Shown piece after piece: positions 36,231 to 48,402 of a stretch of 64,000 nucleotides of DNA. The translations under genes were made by a program, and so were the position numbers. The notes under the pieces are model-generated. The model did not search any database. It was not told the origin of the DNA and worked only from the letters and a program-made list of their open reading frames with translations. Origin of the DNA: Lingula anatina (Eukaryota > Animalia > Brachiopoda); the NCBI GenBank assembly GCA_051362555.1, contig CM120640.1:27180503-27244502 (forward strand), in the 5' to 3' direction. Position 1 is the stretch's first letter. Each line of letters opens with the position of its first letter.

Positions 36231-39200
36231 ACTGATGCAGGCTTTTTCAAGGTTAGTCGCTGATTTTGAAGGGTGCAAACTTCGCGTTTCATAAAAGATC
36301 CATTAATGCAATCTTCCCCTATTGTTACTCTCATGTGAAGTTAATGGCGCTCCAAATGTTGCTGAAACTGCTACACGTGGTGCAAAATATTAAAATGGCG
36401 GATACATCTTGGTCCAAAAAAAGGCGAAATGATCAACATCAAGCACTCCTTTTTAAGAACTCCTTCTTTACAGTAGTGTACTCGAGTCTGAAATAGAAAA
36501 AGAAATCTTGAATTGTTTTCCCGAAACGCCTCTGTTTCAGAAGCGCTCAGTGTTTATTTTAACTCTAACCTATGAGTTTTGTCATAGATGGGCAAATGAT
36601 CACAATATCGTAATGTGAAATCATCTCAACCAATTACTGACATTTCCAATCCTGCCATCAACAGTTTCTAGCCTCTGAAGTCTTCACCTGAACTTCATGG
36701 CTTAATCACTGGCATCAGTTTTCTCCGCTCATAACAGAAATCACAGAAACCATGGTCAGAGTCCAATATTTCAGACAACAGCAATATTGTTTATTCAAGC
36801 TTGCAATAGCATAATCTGGATTTTTGTTTGACTTGAAAGTTGCACTGGACCCTTCTTATGCTAAGTAATACTTTACCAGTAAAGTGCATGGGAATTAAAC
36901 ACACACTTCTTCCATAAAAATGAAAGATAATTTGAAGTAAAATTATATGTAGTAATTGCATTAATATTACCATTTTCAGGGTACCAGTGCAGAGCAGGAT
37001 AATCGCTTTGCAGACAAAAAGAAAAAACTAATGAAAACTATGAGGTTTTCTGAGTCTATAGACAAAAAGGTTTGTCATTTAAACAAGTCTCCTTTTTTAT
37101 TATAGACAGTTTATTATATATAGAAACATCTTGCTTAAGAAGGTCAAATTTGATAATGAATATATCTTTCCAATTGGTCATTTATATTTTTCAATAATTC
37201 TGGGGTAGCACTCATACTCAATTTAGCCCAAAGTTCAAACTGGCCTTAAATGGCTTTGTTTTAGTCAAATTAGAACCATTTGGAGAAAAAAAAGTGATGA
37301 AAAATACATTTTAGTGAAAAAAATGCTTGTGCTACCCTAGTAAGTACAGTTACTTGGGAAGCACAATCTTATGTTAACTTCACATACATATCTCTTCTGA
37401 AACCATTGATGCTGACATGTTATGTCAATTACTAAGACACTTAAACTTTAATTTTGCTTTTAACAGTGATTGCGAAAGAGATCGAAAACTTACCAGACAT
37501 GTGGGCTGGAGCAAATTAAAATTTGTCAGCCCACATCTTTTTTTACCAGCCCACAATAAAATGTAATAAGACGTAATGGACTACATAAAGCTTCAAGTTT
37601 AAACATCGCAGGCTCTCTCCTTGACAGTGTAGCAAGCGCTGAAATGTGTGATTTGCTGTCTTCGTGGTCCTTGAGGGCACTCGTTTTAAAGTTTTTGCAC
37701 CCAGATATAAATGAGTTTTGCAATGTTCCCGTGCCATAAAACTTTGCACATTTAGTGCATGTCATGGCGTCCTCGTCGTCATCATAATACACCCAGGGAT
37801 GCAGTAATTTCCATTTTGGGTTAAAACTCCCTTTCCGTGTTTTATCGTACTCTTGAAAAAACGCTTTTCTGCTAATGTTAGTAGTATTTGGGCTTCTTTT
37901 TTCACTATTTTTTTCAACAATACAGGGCTAGACACTAACTTTTGTAATATATTTGACCTGTTCGATTTTCAATCCAACCTGTCCACAAAACCAATATTTT
38001 TTTCTATTCATACCTTTGAACTTTGTCAATTAATACGTGTAGTCATACATTTAAATTCATGTATATATTACCAAAACATTCAATCACATGAACCCCGAAA
38101 ATGCACCTTAAAGTGAATTTATGTTCAGATATAAAGTTGTTTTTTCATACTTGTGAACTCCTGAAGATTTAATCTTGCATATAAGTCTGATATTTAACAT
38201 CAGGGCTTCTCCTAGGATTTGGGGTACAGGGTCTACTACTGGTAATTGTAAGTCTGCAATTTGATAACAGATTCACATGAAGTTTAACCAAAGCTAAAAA
38301 AAAACCTGAGCAGGAAGTGGGGAGGTGGTACTGTTAAAATAATTTTATAAAAATATTCAAATTTTATAATATTTGAATAAAGTTCAATGAAAATTATATA
38401 TATTATTTTATTTATTCATTATTTTATATTCATTTTATAATACTTTACTTATATTTATGTCAACAATTTAACTTCTTAAGGGGTTATCACATGTTTGATT
38501 TTTTAAGAATATATGAATTAAATAAAATCAGCATAAAAAGGTTCCCCTTCTTTCTATTTAAATTCTCATATTGGTTATTACTTATTTCTTCCTTACATCA
38601 ATATAACACTGGTATATGAGAGCAATGTTAATTTGTCATATTCCAGCACTAAATTTTAAACTGTAAATAACAGAGGTGATGCTAGAGTCATTAAAGAAAG
38701 CATCACACAAAATTTCAGGTTGTATTTTGGCAAATAAACAACATTTCAATAAGATCTTCAGTCCCAAAGATTTCACTTTCTATAGTGAGTAGATAGCATA
38801 CCACGTGTTTGATTGACAGGCAGTATGTTGCCTTGACAACGAACTAGATACAGCCAGTTCATCCAGACCAATCTGGCTCCAGCACAGTACTTGTGTAGTT
38901 TCTGTTTTTGGAAGTGTCTTTATTACAAGAGCACGTAGATTTTAACTAAATAAATGTTCAGTAGTGAACCTAATATGTGAATAAATCTTGTCTATGAAGT
39001 TCTGGAGGGTGTTCACTTTCATAATTTGGCGGTAAGTTTGCTCAGAATTCGTTTTGCGACTGTATGTGTTTTGTGCCAAAAGTAGGTCACTCTTTTCAAT
39101 GTTGTCTAGGAAGAGGCAAAAAGACGTTAGTATTCAACAAAAAAATTTTTTTTAAGATTTTTGATCCAAATTTCTCATAAAACATGACCTGTCCGTCGGA

Positions 39201-42200
39201 CAGCCAACCCTGCAACTTCACCTGTCCGCGTGATCGATAAAGAAACGTCAATTACTGGTGTACTACCCAATCAGATAAAAACCACACATTTGATACAAAA
39301 TATCTACTGCGTGCTCAGAAAAGGATAAATTCAGATGAGGCGAGTTGAAGAGCCGAGTTGTCCCTGTTAAGAAATAGACTTTAGTCCGTCGGTCATGTGG
39401 GCCGATGAGTTTTGAGGATGTTCCAGCCCACAGAATTTTTGCCGGCATATGGCCGTGGTCCGACGGCTTTCGCAATCACTGTTTTAATATGATATATTTA
39501 TTTTTAGGTGGATATGTCTAAGATAAACTTGGACACAATAAAGCCTTGGATAGCCCAAAGAGTAACGGATCTTTTAGGAGTTGAAGATGACGTTATTGTT
39601 GAATTCATTTATAATCAGTTAGAGGAAAAGGTACAGTAAAAAGAAATATCTGTATGCTAACCAGTGCTAGCATTTATTGTTCAGAATTTAAAATCGGTTA
39701 TAGGAATAGATGAAATCAGAGAACTGCTTCTAGCAAATCTTGCTGTAAACTTGCCCTGATTGTAAATGTGAGAAGTACGCTCCTTTTTGATTATCCTTTT
39801 GCTATCGCATTCATTTGTAGGTCAGTATATATTTTTACCAAATACTGAGCCCCCCTATTTTAGTTGCGACAGGGTAAAACCTTTTAATTTTTTTCTTTTT
39901 GGTAATTGATCTTAATAGCAAAGGGACTGAAGTCTGTGTATTTATACTTCACGTTTTCCTCTCACACAATAGATAAGCTCTTTAAATTACCGACCCAATG
40001 AATCACAGGGACTTCAAGTCAGGAACTGAATGATCGCTGATTCGCTAGCACGGTTCAATTTTGTTATAAGTAAATATGACAGCACGAGAATGGCGGTGAC
40101 TTACACGAGGAAACCAGGTACTTAAGGAGTTGTCTTCTTTTTGTAATTGGCACTGTTAAAGGTAGAACTTTTCATTTATTCCTTATTTTAAAAGTAAACT
40201 TTATGCATCCTATAAACATTTTTCAAGATAGCTTATTTTTTTTCCTTTCCAAGCGTACAGCATGATGTATGCTGAGACTTCCACTGATTTTTGTTCGTAT
40301 TTCTCCCATCCCCAAATTATTCTGAAGGTGTACTGAAGAATCCCTCTCGATTGCTGAACAGTGCCAATTATGATGAGACAGAGTAGTGAAAGAGTACTGG
40401 TAATGTAGTACATTTAAGTAGTTTGGGTGTGAGAGGTTTCCCAGTGGCTGATTGGTGCCAATGTCAGTCTGTTCTCTGAAGTGAGATCCCTCAACGACCC
40501 TCTGTCAACTAGGTGAAAATGTCTGTGTTCTTCATCTGAGGTTTGGATTCCCGCATTGCCTTCTCCGTGGAAGAAATTGGTTTTATTTAACCACAGTGGA
40601 GAACACAGAAGAATTTATAAACAATTTATAATGTAATAAATGTAATGAAAGGCTATATTGGGTTTGTTACGAAAAGAAACCGGGTCTCATATGGTTTTCT
40701 TCCCATCTAAAATTTTACAGAATCCAGATGGAAAAGAGATGCAGATAAACCTCACAGGATTTCTCAATGCCAAAAATGCTCGCACATTTATCAGTGAGTT
40801 GTGGGACCTCTTACTAAGTGCTCAAGACAACATCAGTGGAATACCTACTGTGTTCTTAGAGCAAAAGAAAGAAGAAATTAAAAAACGACAGGTACTTTGA
40901 ATTTTTTTTTATTTGACTGGCATTCTCTTTACTTTAAGTACAACAATTTTCCAGATTTCCTATGATTTGCTATTTCATGAGTTATTTTTTTCATCTGTTA
41001 CATGTGTCACCTAACTTTGATTATTGGATAAGTTTGGTAAAAAGCTTTATTTATTGCCCATGTATAAGGCTGAGCAAGAACACATTCGTGCCAATCTGGA
41101 GAAGAGGGAAAAGGAGATCAAGGAAGCATTGGCCAAGGAGCGTAAAGACAGTGAGAAGAGAGACCAGGACAAAGACAAAGAAAGAGACAAAAGGTATTTA
41201 TGGAAATGGGATATTGTATGGCTTTTTTTGTGGATTTGTCTTAAACCTAAAGTTTGATCTTTTGTAGATTTTAAGGATGTTCTGGAAGGGGTGGTCTTCT
41301 TCTGCTTCAAAATAACTGTACAAAATGAAAGACTGATGTGTGGATTGGTGTACTTGACAAGTTTTGCTTTTGAAATTCTTCTCTGCCTTTACAGTGTGCA
41401 TATTGTTTTTATTAATTGCTTTTGTGAATAACTTTCTAGAAGACGCAGGCGTCGTGGAGACAGAAGCCCATCCAAGTCCCCAAGGTTACGTCCATCCAGA
41501 TCAAGAACACCAACTCCAGAACCAAAGAAAGACAAGGAAAAGCAGTCTGGAACTGAGGAGTCAGATATTGAAATAAAAAATAAGACAGTAGAGGACAGGT
41601 AAGATTTTAATAATTCAATTTATGAATTTTGGAAATTTACTCTGCTCTAGCAGTTGTAGGCTAGTAATGTTCAAGACAAGTTTTCAAGTATGCAAATTTT
41701 GTAATGTTCAGGCATCTTGTAAGATAATTGCTCAAGGTTTTATAATGGTTTATTATTAGTAGTAGTATTAATATTATTATATTGAAGAAAAAATGAGAAT
41801 TGAATTTGTATTAGAATGCTTCTTGGTGCTATTTTCAGTCAAGGAAAGGAAGATGAAGATGTGAAGCCTGTGAATGGGAATGCATCAGTGGAAGAAAAAG
41901 AAAGCACTGAAGAAAAGGGAAAAGATAAAGAAATGGACAAAGCACCTTTGGAAACAAAGTAAGATTCCTTTGTTTCAACTTCTTATCATTTGCTAGAATT
42001 TACGTGATCAAGGGTGCCTTTTACTCACTACACACCTTGTTTAGCCTGTTTTCATAATTTCTCTTTAAGCTTCAATTGCTAGAAAATTCTGATGTCCCTT
42101 AGCATTAGCTAGATTTTGATGTTGACCTGACATATTTTCATAAGACATGTACAGGTAAAAACTGTATTTTATTTCTTTTAGGAGGGAATCAAAAGAAAAA

Positions 42201-45200
42201 TCAAATAGATCTGAAAGCAGATCACCCTCACCCAAAAAGAACAAGGCAAGATCCAGGTCAAGAGATAAAAGAAGCAAATCAAGGGAGAAAAGAAGTCGGT
42301 CAAGGGACAAAAGAAGTCGGTCCAGAGAAAAAAGAAGTAGGTCCAGAGACAAAAGAAGTCGGTCCAGAGACAAAAGAAGTAGATCAAGGGAAAGAAGGAG
42401 GTCCCCTAGAAGAAGGTCACCATCACCAAGGAGGAGGTCACCATCACCAAGGAGACGTTCTCCACCCCGTAGAAGACCTAGAAGAAGTCCATCTCCAAGG
42501 AGAAGATCACCTAGGAGGCGCAGCATATCTCCAAGAAGACGTAGCATATCACCTAGGAGACGTAGTCGGTAGGGCTTGTTATTGTGACTTATTTTTGAAT
42601 AAATTCACTTGGCCTGTTCAGAACTTTGATGTTCAATGTTTAGAATGATATTTTTTTTCATGGACAGTCACTTTTCAGGAATAATTAATAAAGCTAAAAT
42701 ATAGTTTGAAAGCCAGTCTTATTGGATTATTTTTCTTGTTTGGACATTTCTTTCAATAATTTTAGCCCTTTATTTAATGTGGAAGTTTGGGGCTGGCTTT
42801 CAAGACTCAAAGATTTTATATTGCTGTATTCTTTTGTCACTCTTCATGTTTACACTGTTAAAGGTCATCCACCTTGTTGAACATACACGTTATATAATTG
42901 GAAATCTTGAATTAAAGGTCACCCAGGAGGCGACCATCACCGAGAAGACGACGCTCATCCACGGGCAGCCCAGTTAGGGGACCAAAGACAAGGAAAAGGT
43001 CCGATTCATCTGAAAGTCCTGTGAGAAAAGCAGCAGCTAGCAGATCTTCATCTTCAGCCAGTCCTCCTCCAGTAAAGAAAGCACCTCTGGAAAAGTGAGT
43101 TGTCACAAAAAGATGCATTATTGAATGTTTGGTAATATATGTTTACCATTACTTCATAACTTGTGCTAAAATTGGTTATATGAAGATCTCTGAAAAAATT
43201 ATTAAGTGTCTGACATTTCCATATTTATTTTGCAAGGAAACCACGTTCCTCAAGCAGCAGCTCTAGCTCACCATCACCCCCAGCTAAGAAAAAGATGGTC
43301 AGGGATGAAAGTGATTCTTCACCAGAACATAAGGAAAAGGTGGGTATACTTACTGAAATTATTTTCCATTTACTTCATGTGTGTAAATAAATATTTCATC
43401 TAAGCTCATGGCAATCTAATTTTTATTTATTCATTTTTTTTTTTTAGAAAGCAGATGAAAATTATTCAGATGCATCTCCAGATAAACAGAAATCTGTGCA
43501 GAAAAGAAGACATTACAGGACACATGAAGATTTGGCAAAGTCTGACAGTTCATCAGATGAAGAGGACGCAAAACCTGCTGCAAAAAGTGAAAAAAGTAAT
43601 TTTTAGAGATTTGCTTGATGCTCTCATTATACATTGTGTGGTAAAGAATTTTTTGTGCATGTTTTACCTATTTAACCAAAAATTGCTCAACAATTTGTTG
43701 GGTATCAAGCTTTTTTTATGTTCTTTTAACTAGATCGAAGAGACAGGGACAAACCCAGTGATGGTACAAGAAGACGTAGGAGTTCCCCATCCCCTCGTGA
43801 TCGATGGAGGAGAAGGTCCTCTCCTTCACCAAGGCGCAGACCATCACCTAGGAGACGGTAAAGATGCCCATCTTTATTTTCTCTAATTACTGTAACTTGT
43901 ACAGTCTGTAAATAAGTAGGGCTTATACAAACTCGAATTTCTCAAAGTTCATCATTTTTTCATTGAGACTAAGTTTTGTGTAGTGCACATTAGTGTATAT
44001 TTAGTGTGCATTAAGTTGCGTGTGTATGAACCTTCAAATATATTTTGCTTGGAATCAATTTTCTTTTACAGTTACTACTCACCAGACCGTTGGCGTTCTC
44101 CTCCTCGCAGAGCTGTTCCAAGGCGCTCACCCCCAAGAAGGAGGTACAGATAATATGTTAATATGACAGATTAACTTATTCTGAGAAAATTAAAAAGCAA
44201 AAAAGAAAATGAATTTAAAGCAGCAGCTGACAAGTCTTGTTAATATCTCCTCCATCCCAAATTACCACAAACATTCACACCATCATTTGTACTAAGTAAA
44301 CAAACAACGCAGGATATTGGTTGTTTGAGATAAACAAATCAAGGCCACATTTATTATAAAACCTTACTAATGAATTGTCTTGAAAAATAACTTTGACACT
44401 GTAACAAATGACTTTCCTAATTTGAAACAAACCAAAAAAAATGCATTGAATTATGTTTCACCTTACCAGATCTCCTTCACCAAGAAGACGTTCACCTGAG
44501 AGATCTCCTGTCAGATCAAGACCAAGACGTGAACCTAGCAAATCTGCTTCACCACCACCCAGGAGAAGACCATCACCATCTGATTCTCCTAGAAGACGAC
44601 CAGCTCCCGCTGTCTCTTCACCAACTAAAAGGCATCATTCCTCTTCTACATCACCACCACCTAGAAGACACCGCTCCTCTTCTGCAAGCCCACCAAGGAA
44701 AAAAGCATCCTCTCCGCTTAAGGTTACTCGTATGTCATCAGAGTCACCATCACCTGTAAGGAAAAGACCTGCACCTTCACCAAAAAAGCGTCAGCCTTCA
44801 CCTGCAAGATCCCCTATGAGAAAAACTGTGAAAAATTTGCCTGCAAGAAAGAGAAAGTCGCCATCTAGGTCACCACCACCTGCTCGAAGAAATCACTCGC
44901 CATCTGCTTCATCATCCGGATCAGGTTCACCACCACCAAAACCAAAAATTACTAAACCAAGACCAGAGAGTGTTTCCCCATCACCACCACATAAAAGTAG
45001 ACCAGAAAGACCTCGCTCTGTCTCTGCTTCTCCGCCAAGACAAGAAAAACCAAAAAGGACACACAGCCCTTTAAGAAGTCGGGAAGCTGAGGAAGCTGGT
45101 GGAGACTATAGAACTGTAAAGAGGTCTGGAAAGGTGGAGCCCTCATCTCCCCCAGCAAAGAAACGGGATTTGTCACCAGATGTAGAGCAATCGCCAAAGA

Positions 45201-45951
45201 AAAAAGTCTTGAAGGAGAAAGCTGCATCAGCAAGTCCATCTGATGTAAGTATAGTAATTTCAATCAATTATATTTGGTTTGTATTGTAACAACAAATGAG
45301 AAAAAAATGGGAATCTTTTTGTTTGAGGTACAGATAAATGATTGGTATAATATTTTTAGGCCTCTGACAATGAAGCTGGAACTAAAAAGAAAAAGAAGAA
45401 AAAGGACAAAAAACACAAGAAGCACAAAAAGCATAAGAAGCACAAGCATAAGAAGGGAAAAGATGGAGAGGTAACATCTTAATTCTATCTACAACAGTTG
45501 AAAGAATATTCATGGGTTTTCGTGAAGCAATAGAGATATAATTAAGTTTTTTTAATGCTAATTGAATTGTGAAATATGTATATTTTGTACAACTTTATAC
45601 ATGTATCTTCTTTTATTAGGGTTCAGGGAGTGGAGAGGAAAATAGCTTAGAGGACCTGGAGAAAAAATTGAGAGAGAAGGCTCTGAAGACACTCCAACAA
45701 TCAAAGGTATGGAACTTGCAGGTTCATGAAATGTACAATTTTAATATTTCATCCAGTTTGTTTTTTAAAAACTCAATGGCTAAGATAAGTTTGTGTATTT
45801 CTGTTTGTAATTATGATGTTTATTATTTTGATAATAGGCTAAGAAAGATGACCCTAACAACATGGATGAACTTGAGAGGCAGCTGAGAGAAAAGGCATTA
45901 AAATCCATGCAGCAGAAGGCAAAGTCTGCCAGTGACGGAAGCAGTAGCTGA
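36228..45951 (+). CDS. SRRM1: Serine/arginine repetitive matrix protein 1 (SRm160; PWI domain + RS/SP repeats), multi-exon
   Basis: Exon 1 36228-36251 MTDAGFFK; exon 2 36980-37068 GTSAEQDNRFADKKKKLMK; exon 3 39508-39630 VDMSKINLDTIKPWIAQRV..VEDDVIVEFIYNQLEEK; exon 4 40721-40891 NPDGKEMQINLTGFLNAKNARTFISELWDLLLSAQ (PWI domain). Then many RS/SP-rich exons (e.g. 42182-42568, 44470-45245), a KKHKKH exon, and C-terminal LREKAL motifs; TGA at 45949-45951. Confidence 0.96.
37464..39481 (-). mobile_element. Internally deleted hAT-type DNA transposon with a TTF-type zinc-finger relic, in SRRM1 intron 2
   Basis: Perfect 15-bp TIR CAGTGATTGCGAAAG..CTTTCGCAATCACTG; TTTTAA on both flanks; subterminal TGTGGGC/CAGCCCACA repeats; minus-strand frame ~37850-37620 'FNPKWKLLHPWVYYD..MTCTKC..SFISGCKNFKTSALKDHEDSKSH' resembles the N-terminal zinc finger of ZNF862-like hAT transposases. 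Confidence 0.88.
39973..40117 (+). other. Candidate poison (PTC-containing) cassette exon in SRRM1 intron 3
   Basis: Acceptor ttttcctctcacacaatAG, donor CAG|GTACTT; in-frame reading ISSLNYRPNESQGLQVRN*. Confidence 0.55.
42253..42395 (+). repeat. 21-nt coding tandem repeat (SR[D/E]KRSR heptads) in SRRM1
   Basis: About 6 units of TCCAGAGACAAAAGAAGTCGG-like sequence. Confidence 0.85.
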
Positions 45952-48402
45952 TAACTGTATGCGACACAAGAACATTTTAGATATGAGACTATACATAACC
46001 AGAATATTGATGTAAATCCAATGTTTTTACTGTTATTGCACCAGCCTGTAAAAATGGAGGAGGCATGGAATTAAAATAAACTTTTGCTTAACTTAAATTT
46101 TGCTTTTTTTTTTTTTTTTCAATGATTCATTTAAAGCCAACTTTTAAAACTTGGTAATGAGAGCTGTACATCATTTAGGTTCTATCACCACGCTGTAAAT
46201 AAGGACATGATGGCTGTATAAAAAAATGCATCAAAATATGAAGCTACTCGAGAACTTTTGTTGGTTTGTGCCAGTTTAAATTTTGGCACTTTTTTTAATG
46301 AATTGTCAACAGATGTGCTTTGTTTAAGTAATTTGTGCAGTATTTGACGTTCCCAGTTAGGGCGTTTTTGCATTATTTGATCTGTTCAATTTTCTGTTAC
46401 CAGTTCAAATAGCAACACAGCTTACAAAATCTCTGTGTAGAGTTTACATTTGTACTCTTCTCATCAGCAACAATTTTCATCTGAGGCTAAGGGGAAGTTT
46501 TTTGCTTGATATCACTGACAAATTGTAGACTACCAAAAGTCTTGGATGGAAGTTATTTTAGAAAGTTCAGAATGATATGTGTCATGTAATTAATGTGATT
46601 AAAGCATGATGGTCTTTGCAAATAAATTGTGGTAGTTGCACTGATTGTGTTTTTCTGCAAATTTTGATGAAATTTATGTAAGTGTAATGCTTTTAAGTTT
46701 TTTTCGTACTTTAATTTTCATTTTTACATAAAAAAACAATGTAGACTTCAAAAATTGGGTTAATATGTCGTTTCCTCTTTTGGTCTGAATTGGTCAGAAA
46801 CGAATGCACCCAGCCTAAAACTATTGTAATTAACTTAGGGGGAGGGTGGAAGGAATGAGCACCCATCCACCCCAGCAACATTTCTGTTACATCCTGTACG
46901 ACATAGGGCCACCTTTTCTGGACTAATGCTTGTCTGATGACGATAAATACCTGTGGTCTCCTTAAACAAACTGAACCAAAACCATTAGTGACAGTCACAC
47001 ACAAGCCATATTTCATGCTTTAATTCTGTGCCTAGTGTCAGCATAGAAAGATTTATATGCAATTAATTGTAAAAGATGGGCTAATTTTAGAACCGACTTC
47101 ACTGGAAAAACAAATTGGATCAAAAGAACTGTATCTACCAATAAAGACCAGTGTTGTTTTGTCTAATTTCCTGTTATGAAATGGTATTATTCAATCTTTA
47201 GAACAACTGACAACAGCAGTGAGAGTTCAACCAAGTATTCCACAAAAGACAAGTCAAGCTATTGTGACAGTGTCATTAAATGTTGGCAGTTGTGACTAAA
47301 AAAAATCTTGCTCATCAAAAGCTAAACAGGAAGTGGACTGGAGTCCAGTTTGCTTGACTTTTCACAGTTCTCAGCGTAATTATGTTTTAAAATACATCAT
47401 TTTAATATTTCAATTTTTTTCTTTTACAAAATCACACAAGTACGCACTGCTTAATAAACAGGTGTTTCTTTTGATTCAAAGTTGGTGAAAAAGTAGGTTT
47501 CATGGAAACATTAAGTGAGCCCTTCTCAGCCTGCCTTACAATTTAACATTCATGACTATCAACATGTTACCCTATCTGCCTAACCCAGACTGTGGGCAAA
47601 GTTCCCGCTAACGTGAATTATATTGCAGTTTTGTGGTATGATCAAGCCAGATATTTTGATTGGTTGATGCAAACAAAAACGACAGGTACGCAGTACCTAG
47701 CCTACATGACCATTCCAAGATGTGTGACAGGATATTTCTTCAATCCACCTGGTTGTCTGGACAGAAGAATTTCTTTTTCCCCCTTAATTGCACATTACAC
47801 TTAAATGAACACAGTTTTGAAGAAGTGCTGTCTTGGTACTGTATTCTGGCAATGTGTGGACTATAAAAATAGGAGCAAAGATGGTGAGAACAGGTGCTAA
47901 TATTGTAATTTTGTGTACTTATTTTCCTCCCTGCCATACCTTAAATTCATCTTACAGTCTATCATTAAATGACCTTGAATTAAAGTGATTTAATCAAGAA
48001 TTTTGACACAGTGATTAAAAAAAACAATTAAAAGTCACATTTTTCTTTGTTGCTCTGTATAAGGCAATAATTTATTAATAAATAATACCTTGGTAAATGA
48101 CTCATTGTGTCAGAGATGTGAGAGGGTGGCCAGTTTACAGTCATCAGCATAAGGGTTGTCATAACACATTTTATGCAAAATAATTTTTTTCAATTGATTA
48201 AGTTACATTCATTTTCCACCGTTGAACCAACCAATCACTCTCCAGCTTAGCTCAACATCATGGGCCCAATTGCTGTCCATTCCCTTTAATAGTAATAAAC
48301 ATTTCAAGCTGTCCAGATTTTTTGTTTCTTTTTAACTTATTGTTCTTAGGAAAAAACACTTTAATGAGCTTCAGATTCCATGCCTTCCTCGTCACCTTGT
48401 GG

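Noticed and set aside
42065-42547. 160-aa Leu-rich minus-strand ORF
   Set aside because: Antisense of the SRRM1 RS-repeat exon.
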